This document shows positions 1 to 9,490 of a stretch of DNA of 64,000 nt, one piece after another. Every line of letters begins with the position of its first letter. Positions within the stretch are counted from its first letter, which is position 1. The translations under genes and the position numbers were made by a program. The notes below the pieces were generated by a model. It was not told where the DNA came from, made no database searches, and saw only the letters and a list, made by a program, of their open reading frames with translations. This stretch comes from Acidobacteriota bacterium (GTDB lineage: Bacteria > Acidobacteriota > UBA890 > WLXD01), in assembly GCA_963666055.2 (NCBI GenBank), contig CAXWPH010000012.1, positions 128,001-192,000 on the forward strand, written 5' to 3'.

Positions 1-132
1 AACGCCGAAGACTCGAGCTGCATTGTCAACTACGAGGATTGCCTCGAGTGCGGCACCTGTCAGGTGGCGCGCCGCTACACGACGTGGAACAACCCGCAGG
101 GCGGCTACGGGGTCACGTACCACTACGGTTGA
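1..132 (+). CDS. fixX: FixX-like ferredoxin, 3' end only (runs in from the window edge)
   Basis: Frame 1 reads NAEDSSCIVNYEDCLECGTCQVARRYTTWNNPQGGYGVTYHYG*. CLECGTC plus the W..P.GG.GV.Y.YG ending is typical of FixX. Not in the ORF track. Confidence 0.8.
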   Translation, partial: NAEDSSCIVNYEDCLECGTCQVARRYTTWNNPQGGYGVTYHYG

Positions 133-166
133 GCGGTGGTGTCCTTCATGGGCCGAGCGTGTCGTG

Positions 167-436
167 CTAGCTGCGTCGAATGAAGACCCGCAGGAAGGTG
201 TCTTCACGCACTAGGCCCAGGTACTCGTTGCCGGTGCTCATGCACCAGGCGGGCAGGTCCAACTCAACGCCGGCGTCGTCGGCTAGCAGCATGGCCGTCT
301 GGCCGATGCACATCGCGCGGGCCGCCTCCTGTACGCGAATCACGGGCTCCGGGCAGAACGTGCCCCGCGCGTCTACCGCAACCTCGGCGACTTCGATCAG
401 CGAGCGCAGCTGGTCGTCGGTGGCGCTACCGTTCAC
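167..436 (-). CDS. tusA: TusA/SirA-family sulfur carrier
   Basis: VDARGTFCPEPV motif and DLPAWC...GN. Start uncertain (GTG 436; ORF extends to 484). Confidence 0.85.
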   Translation of the reverse strand: MNGSATDDQLRSLIEVAEVAVDARGTFCPEPVIRVQEAARAMCIGQTAMLLADDAGVELDLPAWCMSTGNEYLGLVREDTFLRVFIRRS

Positions 437-502
437 CTGCCGGCGAAACCGCGCCTTCCGACGGTACGGCGCGTGGCGCAGCATGTTCAGCTCACCAACA
501 TC

Positions 503-1549
503 TCAGATCCGTATCTCGTCGAGGAAACCATCCTCACGCACGGGCTCGACCAGCAAGCGCCCCGCATGATCGTCGAGGCGCCAGTGCACCGGTACCTCGT
601 TCTCGGCACGACCAGCGCAGTATCTCGCAGTGATCTTGCAGGCGAGCTCGAGCTGCTCGGCCGACGGAGCCCCCTCGATGAGGGTTAGCGGTGAGCTGAA
701 CTCCTCAACCCACACCGCTCCTCGCCCGACGCGGAACCGTTCGAGAAAGTCATTCTCCGCCTCGTGGCGTCCGACGATGATCTTGACGCCATCGCCAAGG
801 CGAAAATGGCGGCCGACCTTGAGCAGCATCATGTCGTCCGGGTCGACTACGTTGCCACGGTCAATAAGCAGGTCACGAAGCTTACGTGCGAAGTTCTCGT
901 CGGGTAGGAAGCAGCATCCGCCGGCCGGCTGCGGGTAGTCGACCAGGCCGAACTCGTCCGCCAAGCGCATCTGCTCGTGTCGCGAGCGGCCTGAGATCGC
1001 ATACAGATCGTCACGACGCACCCAATCCTTCTGCTCCGCAATCGTCGGCGACAACAGCTTCGCGGACAATGGGCGTAGCAGCAGTCCCTCGAGCTCCGTC
1101 TCCTGCTCGATCGCCTGCATCGACGGTCGCCGCTGACTCATCGGGCGCTGCCCGAGCACCTCGCCGGTGAAGATAAAGTCGTAGCCGCCTTCCTCCAGCA
1201 TCACCTTGGCACGCTTGAGCATGAAGATGCGGCAATCGATACACGGGTTCATTCCTGAGCCATAGCCATGCTTGGGATTCAGCACGACCTGCTGAAGGTA
1301 GTCGTCCTTGATATCGATGATCTCTACGGGGATTTGAAGTTGCCCGCCGGCATGGAGCGCATCGTTGCGGTACGGCTTGTTCCGGTTGTTCGCGTTGCCC
1401 ATGATGCGATGGCGATCGGCGACGCAGAATCCGGTCGAGAAGTGCAACCCGAGTACCTCAACACCGAGGCGCTGAAGGATGCTCGCGGCGAGCGTCGAGT
1501 CGAGTCCTCCGGACATCAGCCCGAGTGCACGGATGGGTCGCTGGCTCAT
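503..1549 (-). CDS. PP-loop tRNA thiolase-like protein (ThiI/MnmA-related) with DUF814-like C-terminus
   Basis: SGGLDS PP-loop, NPCIDCR, TGEVLGQRPMSQ, PAGGCC, GRHFRL. Confidence 0.8.
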   Translation of the reverse strand: MSQRPIRALGLMSGGLDSTLAASILQRLGVEVLGLHFSTGFCVADRHRIMGNANNRNKPYRNDALHAGGQLQIPVEIIDIKDDYLQQVVLNPKHGYGSGMNPCIDCRIFMLKRAKVMLEEGGYDFIFTGEVLGQRPMSQRRPSMQAIEQETELEGLLLRPLSAKLLSPTIAEQKDWVRRDDLYAISGRSRHEQMRLADEFGLVDYPQPAGGCCFLPDENFARKLRDLLIDRGNVVDPDDMMLLKVGRHFRLGDGVKIIVGRHEAENDFLERFRVGRGAVWVEEFSSPLTLIEGAPSAEQLELACKITARYCAGRAENEVPVHWRLDDHAGRLLVEPVREDGFLDEIRI

Positions 1550-1700
1550 CGTTCGCGAAAGCTCGTGGGCGCCTGTTCGTGGATGCGGTCGAGGCACGCT
1601 CGACCGGCTCGTAGCGGTCTACGGCCGTGCGGTGGCGGGCGACGCGTAGCGAGCCAAGTGTAGCATAGCGGTCTGCTCACAGAGGCTCTTCGCCAGCCTC

Positions 1701-2297
1701 CTATGGCGCCGCGACCTTAGCTCCGTGCCCCCAGTCCAGGAACGGGATCCACTCGTCGTACGGAGCGATCGCGGGCAGCAGCGAGGTCGCCGGGTGCCAG
1801 GCCGGCTGCCGAGGTTCACGGAGCAGTTCCATGCCGGCTTCCTCCGGACTTCGATTGGCTTTCCGGGCGTTGCATCGGAAGCACGAGACGACGATGTTGC
1901 GCCACGTGGTGCGGCCACCGCGCGACCGTGGGTGGATATGATCCAGCGTCAGTTGCGAGGGCCGTGTGACGCGGCCGCAATACTGACACTGGTTGTGGTC
2001 GCGCAGGTACACGTTGGCGCGGGTGAACTTCACCCGTGGGCGAGGCACCCGGTCGTACTCGAGCAGCTGAATGATGCGCGGCACGACGACGCGCAACGAC
2101 GGTCCCGAAATGCAGTTGGCCAGATCCTCGGACGCTAGCACGGAGGCCTCCGTCCAACTCTCCCAGGTGTAGGTAGCGAAGTCGTCGGCGACGACCTTCC
2201 CTCGCCCCACGTAGAGCAGCGTGATTGCACGTCGCGCGTTGACCACGTTGACCACCTGCCAAAGGCGGTTCAGAACGAGGACGCTGGCGTTCAACAC
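1701..2297 (-). CDS. HNH endonuclease (McrA-like)
   Basis: N-terminal VLVLN; RD..CQYCG...LTLDHIHPRSRGG..TW.N.V..C..CN..K. Confidence 0.92.
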   Translation of the reverse strand: MLNASVLVLNRLWQVVNVVNARRAITLLYVGRGKVVADDFATYTWESWTEASVLASEDLANCISGPSLRVVVPRIIQLLEYDRVPRPRVKFTRANVYLRDHNQCQYCGRVTRPSQLTLDHIHPRSRGGRTTWRNIVVSCFRCNARKANRSPEEAGMELLREPRQPAWHPATSLLPAIAPYDEWIPFLDWGHGAKVAAP

Positions 2298-2363
2298 ATC
2301 TTGCTCCCGGCTGCGAGGCGGTCGCGAAAACAGACCATCTACATTAGCAGGCGTGGCCGGGCG

Positions 2364-2384
2364 GTGGCCTGCCTAGCAGGCCAC
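2364..2384. terminator. 9-bp inverted repeat just after the dmpA stop; possible terminator
   Basis: GTGGCCTGC-CTA-GCAGGCCAC; no U-tract. Confidence 0.3.
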
Positions 2385-2401
2385 ACTTCCACCACGGCCT
2401 G

Positions 2402-3586
2402 CTAGCGCTGTTCCACGACGCCGTGCTCTCTGAGGATGTCGAGCGTCCTCTGTAAAGGCAGCGCCTCTATGGTGCCTCGAGCGCCGACGGTGGTACGCGC
2501 CTGAAACAGGCTGTTGTAGATCGATTCCTCGGTGGCCTCGATGGCAGCCAAGAACAGCGGCGATAGGCGCTCGGCGGCCAGCGGGGTGGTGCGTCGGCGC
2601 GCCTCGCCATCCGGTCCGGAGCGCAGTCCGGAATGAGTCGAGAAGGCGATTACATAGTCGCCGCTACCGTTCGATCCCGACGCCCCGGTGCGCGCCATGC
2701 CCATGAAAGCACGCAGCGCCAGGCGTTCAAGATTGGCGGCATCTACCGGTGCGTCGGTAGCGATCACGATCATGCAGGATCCGTCGGCTGCGTCGCTCTC
2801 ATCGGCCGAACCCGTCAACATATCGCGCAGGTAGTAGCGTCCGAGCTCCACGCCGACCGGTGCTCCGGCGATAGTGAGCACGCCTCCGAAGTTCGTCTGC
2901 ACCAGGGCACCGACTGTCCAGCCACCCACACGCTCAGGTAGTCGCCTCGATGAGGTGCCGATGCCGCCCTTGAACCCAAACGCGATCGTCCCGCTTCCCG
3001 CTCCCACGTTGCCCTCCACAACGGCGCCGGAACTGGCGGACTCGATCGCCTCGCGTACATGCTCAGGCCGGATCGGGCGGGCGCGAATGTCGCTCAGGTA
3101 GCCGTCGTTAGTCTCGCCCACGACCGGATTGATTGAGCGAACATCCTCGTTGCCCGGTAGGCCGAGCATGTACGAGATCAACCCGTCTGCGGCGCGCGGA
3201 ACACTGAGCGTACCGGTGAGCAGGATGGGCGTCTCGATGGTTCCGAGCTCGCGAATCTGGCTGATGCCGATCAACTTCCCGAAGCCGTTGGCCACGAAGA
3301 CCGCACCGGGGACCTTGTCGCGGAAGACGTTCCCGGAATGGGGCAGAATCGCCGTCACCCCGGTGTTGGTGGTGGGCGGTACAACGATCGTGACGTGGCC
3401 AACCAGGACGCCGGCCACGTCGGTAATGGCGTTCAGCGGCCCAGGAGCAAGAACGCCTGGCGCAATCCCGAAGACGCGAGCGCGGCCGCGCCTCTCCGGG
3501 GCTTGCGGCGCCGCGGCCAGAGCAGTCGCCGTGAGCAGAATGAGCGCAATGCTTGCCGCAATACGCGGGCACCAGAAGGTCCTCAC
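2402..3586 (-). CDS. dmpA: DmpA/P1-family (S58) aminopeptidase with signal peptide
   Basis: NAITDVAGVLVGH, PVVGETNDG, KGGIGTSSR, DGS processing site, GSGDY. Confidence 0.92.
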   Translation of the reverse strand: MRTFWCPRIAASIALILLTATALAAAPQAPERRGRARVFGIAPGVLAPGPLNAITDVAGVLVGHVTIVVPPTTNTGVTAILPHSGNVFRDKVPGAVFVANGFGKLIGISQIRELGTIETPILLTGTLSVPRAADGLISYMLGLPGNEDVRSINPVVGETNDGYLSDIRARPIRPEHVREAIESASSGAVVEGNVGAGSGTIAFGFKGGIGTSSRRLPERVGGWTVGALVQTNFGGVLTIAGAPVGVELGRYYLRDMLTGSADESDAADGSCMIVIATDAPVDAANLERLALRAFMGMARTGASGSNGSGDYVIAFSTHSGLRSGPDGEARRRTTPLAAERLSPLFLAAIEATEESIYNSLFQARTTVGARGTIEALPLQRTLDILREHGVVEQR

Positions 3587-4233
3587 TCCACGCCTCCGTC
3601 AGCGCCGAAGACAGCTCGACGCAAATCCTCGACTGCGAAGCTCTCCATGCCACGCTGCCGGCGCTCTTCTTCGAGGCGTTCCATGCGCGCCAGCAGTTCG
3701 TCGACGCACGGCCGCTTCTCTGGATGCCGCAGTGCCTCCAGCGGGCTCATCCCTCCGAGACGCGAGTGGGGTTGCTGCGCCCAGCGCGCCGCGAACGAAG
3801 CGTAGAACTCGGCCAATACGCGCGCCTCGTGCTCGGCGCTCCACGTTTCCGGTCGGTCTGCGGAGTGCTGTCGCCGGCCCGGCACGAAGCGCGACAAGTC
3901 GTCGCGCGCGGCGACCCGAGCCCGAGCGTACGGTCGCAATCGCTGATCCAGCACACGCCAACCGCGGCCCACCGACCCCGCAGTCGCTCCTTCCAGCACC
4001 AGCCGGGCGGGACGCAGACGGATCAGGAAGGCGTCGTAGCTACTATCGCCATCGTCCGGCTCGCCGTGCCACCAATACCAACGGTCGGCGGCAGCGTCAC
4101 CTGACGGCTCCGACAACTCCTGCGCTCCCAGGCTGAGCAGGCGTTCATGCGTCGCCGCGCTGTCGGTAACCTCGAAAAACGCCTTGCAGAAACGAAGGCT
4201 CGAGCGTTGCGGCATCGTCTGCGGGACGTTCAT
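3583..4233 (-). CDS. Hypothetical protein with MbcA/ParS/Xre-C-like C-terminal motif
   Basis: C-terminal W...P...LGGMSPLEA......V..LL; stop overlaps the dmpA start. Confidence 0.6.
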   Translation of the reverse strand: MNVPQTMPQRSSLRFCKAFFEVTDSAATHERLLSLGAQELSEPSGDAAADRWYWWHGEPDDGDSSYDAFLIRLRPARLVLEGATAGSVGRGWRVLDQRLRPYARARVAARDDLSRFVPGRRQHSADRPETWSAEHEARVLAEFYASFAARWAQQPHSRLGGMSPLEALRHPEKRPCVDELLARMERLEEERRQRGMESFAVEDLRRAVFGADGGVE

Positions 4234-4261
4234 GCGGCGGATTATACGCACTTCCGTCTCG

Positions 4262-4431
4262 TTCCATTGATATAGTTATCGTATTAAAATCGTATTAACG
4301 ATTATCTACAGTTTTTCCACAGCTCCGCCAGCCTGGTGTTTCCTCCTCTGTTATGCCGAAAGCCCCTGTACACAGGCGCCTCACCCTCGCCGCGGCGCAA
4401 GATGTGCTGCTCCTACCACGGATTATCCACA
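4262..4431. promoter_or_regulatory. AT-rich tract with a DnaA-box cluster (oriC-like)
   Basis: Perfect TTATCCACA at 4423-4431; near matches TTATCTACA (4302-4310) and TTTTCCACA (4313-4321); tandem ATCGTATTAA repeats in the adjacent AT-rich stretch. Confidence 0.55.
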
Positions 4432-4524
4432 GCAACCCCTGACGGCAAGGTGCACGACGATGACATTCGTAGAAGGTAGCGCAGGTGTAGTCACTTCTTC
4501 GGGGGACCGAGACGGGATGGAGCG

Positions 4525-5085
4525 TTGAGCGAGCCACGCGATCCAGCTTCGACACCGGCACCTGGCGCCGAGAGCGAGTCCGCAGAGGCCGGCCAGCACG
4601 CCGGCGGCGACCTATCCGACGAAGTAGATCGCGTCCTCTCATTGATTGCCATCGTGGAGAAACGGGTCCCCGAGGCCTATCGGGTCGAAATTGTCCGGGT
4701 TCTCCTCCCCCGCGCGATTGGAAAGTCGGAACGTGAGCTGGGGACGACGGTGCCCCCGCACGCTGAGGCCGGCACCTCGCGATTGCGGCTGGCACGGTAC
4801 GTGCCGGTTCTGGCGGCGTCTGGAAAGATGCTTCTAAAGGCGCTGGTCGCCCTCGAGGCCACGAGCTTGCAGCTGGGGATCGAATGGATGACCCCGAGCG
4901 AGATCGAGCGCTTCCTGGCGGAGCGTGGCCGCGTGCGGTCCGTCTACCGTACAAACGTGAGCAACGCGCTACGTGCGGCGCGAGATCTAGTCGACCGAAG
5001 GCGCCGTGGTCGCGCCTACGAGTACCGGATCACCGAACGCGGACGCGCTGCGCTTGACCGTGACCTCGCAATTGCCGGGTCCTAG
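4525..5085 (+). CDS. Hypothetical protein with C-terminal winged-helix-like domain
   Basis: MTPSEI...NVSNALR...LVDRRRRGRAYEYRITERG resembles a wHTH recognition helix and wing. Confidence 0.65.
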   Translation: MSEPRDPASTPAPGAESESAEAGQHAGGDLSDEVDRVLSLIAIVEKRVPEAYRVEIVRVLLPRAIGKSERELGTTVPPHAEAGTSRLRLARYVPVLAASGKMLLKALVALEATSLQLGIEWMTPSEIERFLAERGRVRSVYRTNVSNALRAARDLVDRRRRGRAYEYRITERGRAALDRDLAIAGS

Positions 5086-5372
5086 GAGCACCGCTGCCCC
5101 AACGCGTTGGACCAAGCAGGCATCCAGCCGGTGCCGCGATCGACCCCGGCCAGACAAACGGCGCCACCTCGATACCCTGGGCGTGCCACCGGCCGGATGC
5201 CGGGCCGCCTTGGAGAAGAAGGACCTGATCGGGTGGCGCGCAGAGATCGCGGCGGCGCGTACGGTCGTCCGCTACACACTGAGCTTGACGGTGGCTCCCC
5301 TGATCCCGGATGCCAGCAAACATCTCACCCCCCAGCCGTGCAAAGGAAGCGGGCTGCCTCCGCAACGAGCTC

Positions 5373-5396
5373 CGAATGTCGGCGCGCCGACATTCG
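5373..5396. promoter_or_regulatory. Perfect 24-bp palindrome; candidate non-canonical parS
   Basis: CGAATGTCGGCGCGCCGACATTCG, about 130 bp downstream of parB. Confidence 0.45.
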
Positions 5397-5528
5397 CTGA
5401 GATGTTACTTCAGGTTGAAGTCGTCCGGCCGAGGCAGCGTGTTGCACCGGGGCGATTCAGACCGACGCGGCCTCCGCGATCCGGGGCACCGCCGATTTGT
5501 ATCGCGCGACGAAGGAGAGCGCTCGTGC

Positions 5529-6392
5529 CTAACTTGCGGGGATGCCGTTGGATCTCAGGCTGCGGATCGCCTCGAGCAGGGAGCGCTCGACGTCGGCTAG
5601 CGAGACCTCGTCGTTTCCCAGGAACACGGTCACGGTCACTCCTCCCTTGGACCGGAAGGTGATCCGTCGAGGCGGCCGCCGTTTCGTAGTGCTGGCCGTC
5701 TCTTCGGCTGCCGCTGCTTTTTGTGCGGCCCGCCGCATCTTGCGAAGATCATCTCGCGTCAGGCCCTCGCTGATGACGCGCTGTGCGAGCGTTGCCATTT
5801 CCTCAACCGTGTCGCAACGGCAGATCTCGAGCAGCAGTGACTTACCACGGATCCTTGCCTCCTCCAGCTGCGCGCGAACCTCGCGTGGCATGGCCAGCAG
5901 GCTTAGAGACTCGGTGACGCTCGAACGCGACTTGCTGATCCGCTCCGCGACATCGTCGTGGGTGAATCCGAACTGGTCGATGAGCGCCTGCAGCGCTTCA
6001 GACTCCTCGAAAGCTGATAGATCCTGGCGCTGCAGGTTCTCGATCAGCGCGATTTCGAGCGCGCGCGCGTCATCAACATCGAGGACTATGCAGGGAACCT
6101 CCTCGAGCTGAGCAGCGCGGGCCGCCCGGTAGCGACGCTCGCCCGATACAATCTCGTAGCCACTTGCGGCTCGTCGGACCAGCAATGGCTCCAGTATGCC
6201 GACGCGCTGAATGGAGGCAACGAGTTCCTCGAGTCGCTCAAACGTTTGCCGCGGCTGGTTAGGGTTAGGCCGTATCAAGTCCAATGCCAGGAATTGCCCA
6301 ATCGCACGGGTATGCTCGGCCGCCAACTCCTCTACAAAATGAGCGTCATGCCGCATTCGTGTCTTGACCGGCAGCCCAAGTCGCTTAGACAC
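5529..6392 (-). CDS. parB: ParB/Spo0J-family CTPase
   Basis: PNPNQPR, GILEPLLVR, SGERRYRA, IENLQRQDL and an HTH; GTG start overlaps the parA stop. Confidence 0.93.
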   Translation of the reverse strand: MSKRLGLPVKTRMRHDAHFVEELAAEHTRAIGQFLALDLIRPNPNQPRQTFERLEELVASIQRVGILEPLLVRRAASGYEIVSGERRYRAARAAQLEEVPCIVLDVDDARALEIALIENLQRQDLSAFEESEALQALIDQFGFTHDDVAERISKSRSSVTESLSLLAMPREVRAQLEEARIRGKSLLLEICRCDTVEEMATLAQRVISEGLTRDDLRKMRRAAQKAAAAEETASTTKRRPPRRITFRSKGGVTVTVFLGNDEVSLADVERSLLEAIRSLRSNGIPAS

Positions 6393-7140
6393 GCGCCAAT
6401 ACCTCCTCTCCAAGCTTCGCGTATTGTTCCGCGCCCGTCGACGACGGCGCATGTGTGAAGATCGCTTCTTTGTATGCAGGGCTCTCTTCCAGCCTTACAT
6501 TTCGGCTGATCACCGTATCGAACACCTTGTCACCAAAGACGCGCCGCACCTGCTCGACAATATCACGTCCCAGAACCGTGCGGCGATCGAGCATCGTGAT
6601 CAACACTCCGAGCAGCTCCAATTTCGGGTTTACTCGCTGCCGGACGCGCTGCACCGTGTCGAGCAAGTCGTCTGTGCCTTCCATCGCCAGATACGACGAC
6701 TGTATGGGAATAAGCACGTGCGAAGACGCAACAAGCGCGTTAATCGTGAGCAATCCTAGTGTCGGAGGCGTATCAATGATCACGAAACGATAAGTATCGT
6801 TAATAGTAGCCAGTTGGTCGCGCAGTCGATAGTGACCATCAAACTCGCCCGATAGCTTGATCTCGAGCTTGGCCAGCGAAATTCGAGCCGGAGCCACGTC
6901 GAGATTTTCGAGCTGCGTCGAGCAGACGATTCGTTCGAGGCCGAGGCTTGTCTCCATCAGAGCGTCGTAAATCGTCAACTCGAACTCACTCGGGTCGACG
7001 TAGGAAATCGTGCTGTGTCCCTGCGGGTCCAAGTCGACGAGCAACGTGCGGTGCCCTTTTAGCGCCAGTGCCGCCGCCAGGTTCACCGCGGTCGTGGTCT
7101 TTCCCACGCCACCTTTCTGGTTCGCCACGGAGACGATCAT
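6385..7140 (-). CDS. parA: ParA/Soj ATPase
   Basis: NQKGGVGKTTT deviant Walker A, DLDPQG, IIDTPP, ISRNVRLEESP. Confidence 0.95.
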   Translation of the reverse strand: MIVSVANQKGGVGKTTTAVNLAAALALKGHRTLLVDLDPQGHSTISYVDPSEFELTIYDALMETSLGLERIVCSTQLENLDVAPARISLAKLEIKLSGEFDGHYRLRDQLATINDTYRFVIIDTPPTLGLLTINALVASSHVLIPIQSSYLAMEGTDDLLDTVQRVRQRVNPKLELLGVLITMLDRRTVLGRDIVEQVRRVFGDKVFDTVISRNVRLEESPAYKEAIFTHAPSSTGAEQYAKLGEEVLARV

Positions 7141-7424
7141 CGTCGGGCGACCGGCTTTCTTTGTCTTACGGCCGTTCCCAGATACCACCCTGAGCAAGTC
7201 CTTCCGCGCCGGCGCCGGCACCCGCCCTCGCCCCCGACGAGGCCATCCCGAGGCGACTGCTTTCCCGGCTGCCAGGGTTCTATGCCCGCCCACCATGCGC
7301 CTCGCTCGCCTCAACTCGTGCGCGGCGCATCCCCCGAACGGCTGCGAACCCGTCGTTGTCCGCGGGACGACCCATCATGCAGGAGGACCCCAGAGAGCGC
7401 AACCGAATGTGGCCGTGAAGACGC

Positions 7425-7910
7425 CTACATCTCGTATTTTGAGAACTCGTCGGGGTCCAAGTTCTCAAACCAGCGTCGCAGCCTCTCCGAAGTCGACGGG
7501 TCTCGGTCGTCGTCGACGGAGCGCGCCTGATTGAGCACCGCCTCTTCGACGAAGATCGGCGCCTCGGTTCGAAGGGCCAATGCGAGCGCATCGCTCGGCC
7601 TCGAGTCGACCGTGATCTCGCTGTCTTCGATCTTCATGTGGATCTTTGCGAAATACGTGTTCTCGCGAAGCTCGGTGACTACGATCTTGTCGACTCGGGC
7701 ACCGAACGCTCCGACCATGTTGTATAGCAGGTCGTGCGTCATCGGCCTCGGCGTATCGATCGCCTCGACCTTCAAGGCGATGGCGTTGGCTTCGAAGATT
7801 CCCACCCAGATCGGCAGGACGTGGTTTTCCGACTCATCCTTGAGGATGACGATCGGCATATTCGTCACCGGGTCAACCATCAACCCTTTGACCTTCATCT
7901 CCACCTGCAT
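7425..7910 (-). CDS. Bifunctional nuclease family protein (DUF151)
   Basis: LPIWVG..EA.AI, RPMTHDL, DSRPSDALALA. Confidence 0.93.
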   Translation of the reverse strand: MQVEMKVKGLMVDPVTNMPIVILKDESENHVLPIWVGIFEANAIALKVEAIDTPRPMTHDLLYNMVGAFGARVDKIVVTELRENTYFAKIHMKIEDSEITVDSRPSDALALALRTEAPIFVEEAVLNQARSVDDDRDPSTSERLRRWFENLDPDEFSKYEM

Positions 7911-7991
7911 GCGGCGCTCCTCGCTATGTAATACGACTATATCCGTGCGTCGGAGATCGGATCAAGCATGGCGCTGCACCTGACCGGATCG

Positions 7992-9413
7992 TCACTGTGG
8001 ATCGCTGACCACGCGGCCGTAGAGGCTGTGCGCCGCGTACGATGTGACCTTCACGTCGACCAGTCTACCGATTAGCCGGTGGCCGCCGGGCATGTTGACG
8101 ATGTGGTTCGAGGAGGTGCGGCCCGACACATCCTCAGTCGTACGCTTGCTGATGGAGTCGACTAGCACCTCCGTACGGCGGCCCAGCCACGACGCGTTGT
8201 GCTGCTGTTGAATCTCGCGGCCGACGTCTTGGAGCTCCAGGAGGCGGTCGCGCTTGACCCTCGCGGACACGTCGTCCTTATAGTTGAGCGCCGCCGTGTC
8301 GGGACGCTGCGAGTATTCGAACGAGTAAAAAGAGTCGTACTCGACCTCGCGTACGAGACCGAGGGTGGCCTCGAAGTCGGCGTCGGTCTCGCCCGGGAAT
8401 CCGACGATGATATCGGTCGACAGCCCGACCTCCGGTATCCGACGGCGGAGCTCTTCGATCTGCCCGCGATACGAATCGACCGTGTAGTGGCGGTTCATCT
8501 GATGGAGGATGCGGTCGGAACCTGATTGCACCGGCAGGTGGATATGGTCGGCCACGGTCGGGCACTCGGCCATCGCCTCGATGAGGCGCGGCGACAAGTC
8601 CTTGGGGTGTGACGTCAGAAAACGAACGCGCTCGACGCGCGGCTCCGCGCTCGGAGTCGACCGCAGCATGTCGTCGATCGCTGCGAGGAGGCCGGGGAAG
8701 TCCATCCCGGTTTCGGGGTCGACCCACGAATTGACGTTCTGCCCCAGCAGAGTCGCCTCACGATAGCCGCGCAATCCAAGGCCGCGAATCTCGTTCACGA
8801 TCGCGTGCGCCGGCCGATAGATCTCCAAGCCGCGGGTGCTCGGAACGATGCAGAAGGAGCAATAGTTGTTGCATCCCTCCATGATGGTCACGAAGGCGCG
8901 AACGCGGTCTGCTCGGTGGACTTCTGGAGTTTCGAACTGAACCTTGTCCTCGGTATTGACCTGCGGGCCGAGGCCAGCCTGTACCCGGCCCAGAACACTC
9001 TCCAGGCTATGTATAGCCCGTGTGCCGATGACGAAGTCGACGCTGGGTTGGCGATCGATGATCTCCTCGCCACGCTGCTGCGCGATGCAACCAGTAACAC
9101 CGACCAGCAACTCGCGCGGCTGGCCGCCTCGGCCGCCCTCGCGCGACAACACATCCTTGATCTGACGCAGCCTGCCGAGCTGCGAGAAGAGCTTGTCTTC
9201 CGCACGTTCGCGCACCGAGCAGGTGTTTACCAGCACGAGATCGGCATCGGATGCCTGCTCGGCGGCTTCGTACCCCATGCCGTCGAGAAGGCCTGCGTAG
9301 ATCTCCGAATCGTGCACGTTCATCTGACAGCCGAACGTCTTGATCCAATAACGCGGCTTGCGTAACGGGCTCACATTCGTCTCAGACGTACGCAGGCTGT
9401 CGAGATCGGTCAT
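7992..9413 (-). CDS. miaB: tRNA methylthiotransferase MiaB
   Basis: TFGCQMNVHDSE, NTCSVRE, radical-SAM GCNNYCSFCIVP, C-terminal TRAM domain. Confidence 0.96.
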   Translation of the reverse strand: MTDLDSLRTSETNVSPLRKPRYWIKTFGCQMNVHDSEIYAGLLDGMGYEAAEQASDADLVLVNTCSVRERAEDKLFSQLGRLRQIKDVLSREGGRGGQPRELLVGVTGCIAQQRGEEIIDRQPSVDFVIGTRAIHSLESVLGRVQAGLGPQVNTEDKVQFETPEVHRADRVRAFVTIMEGCNNYCSFCIVPSTRGLEIYRPAHAIVNEIRGLGLRGYREATLLGQNVNSWVDPETGMDFPGLLAAIDDMLRSTPSAEPRVERVRFLTSHPKDLSPRLIEAMAECPTVADHIHLPVQSGSDRILHQMNRHYTVDSYRGQIEELRRRIPEVGLSTDIIVGFPGETDADFEATLGLVREVEYDSFYSFEYSQRPDTAALNYKDDVSARVKRDRLLELQDVGREIQQQHNASWLGRRTEVLVDSISKRTTEDVSGRTSSNHIVNMPGGHRLIGRLVDVKVTSYAAHSLYGRVVSDPQ

Positions 9414-9490
9414 TCGAAGGGCTGTCCGGTGCGGCTCGGTCTGAAGGACTCCGCGATTGGAACCGCGTACACGGCGCCGCGGAGGACCGA

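Noticed and set aside
1701-2297. HNH nuclease as a defence or RNA-guided system
   Set aside because: Common stand-alone McrA-like family; no methylase, repeat array or ncRNA nearby.
5086-5528. Protein-coding gene between the wHTH gene and parB
   Set aside because: All frames give low-complexity or motif-free peptides without a convincing RBS.
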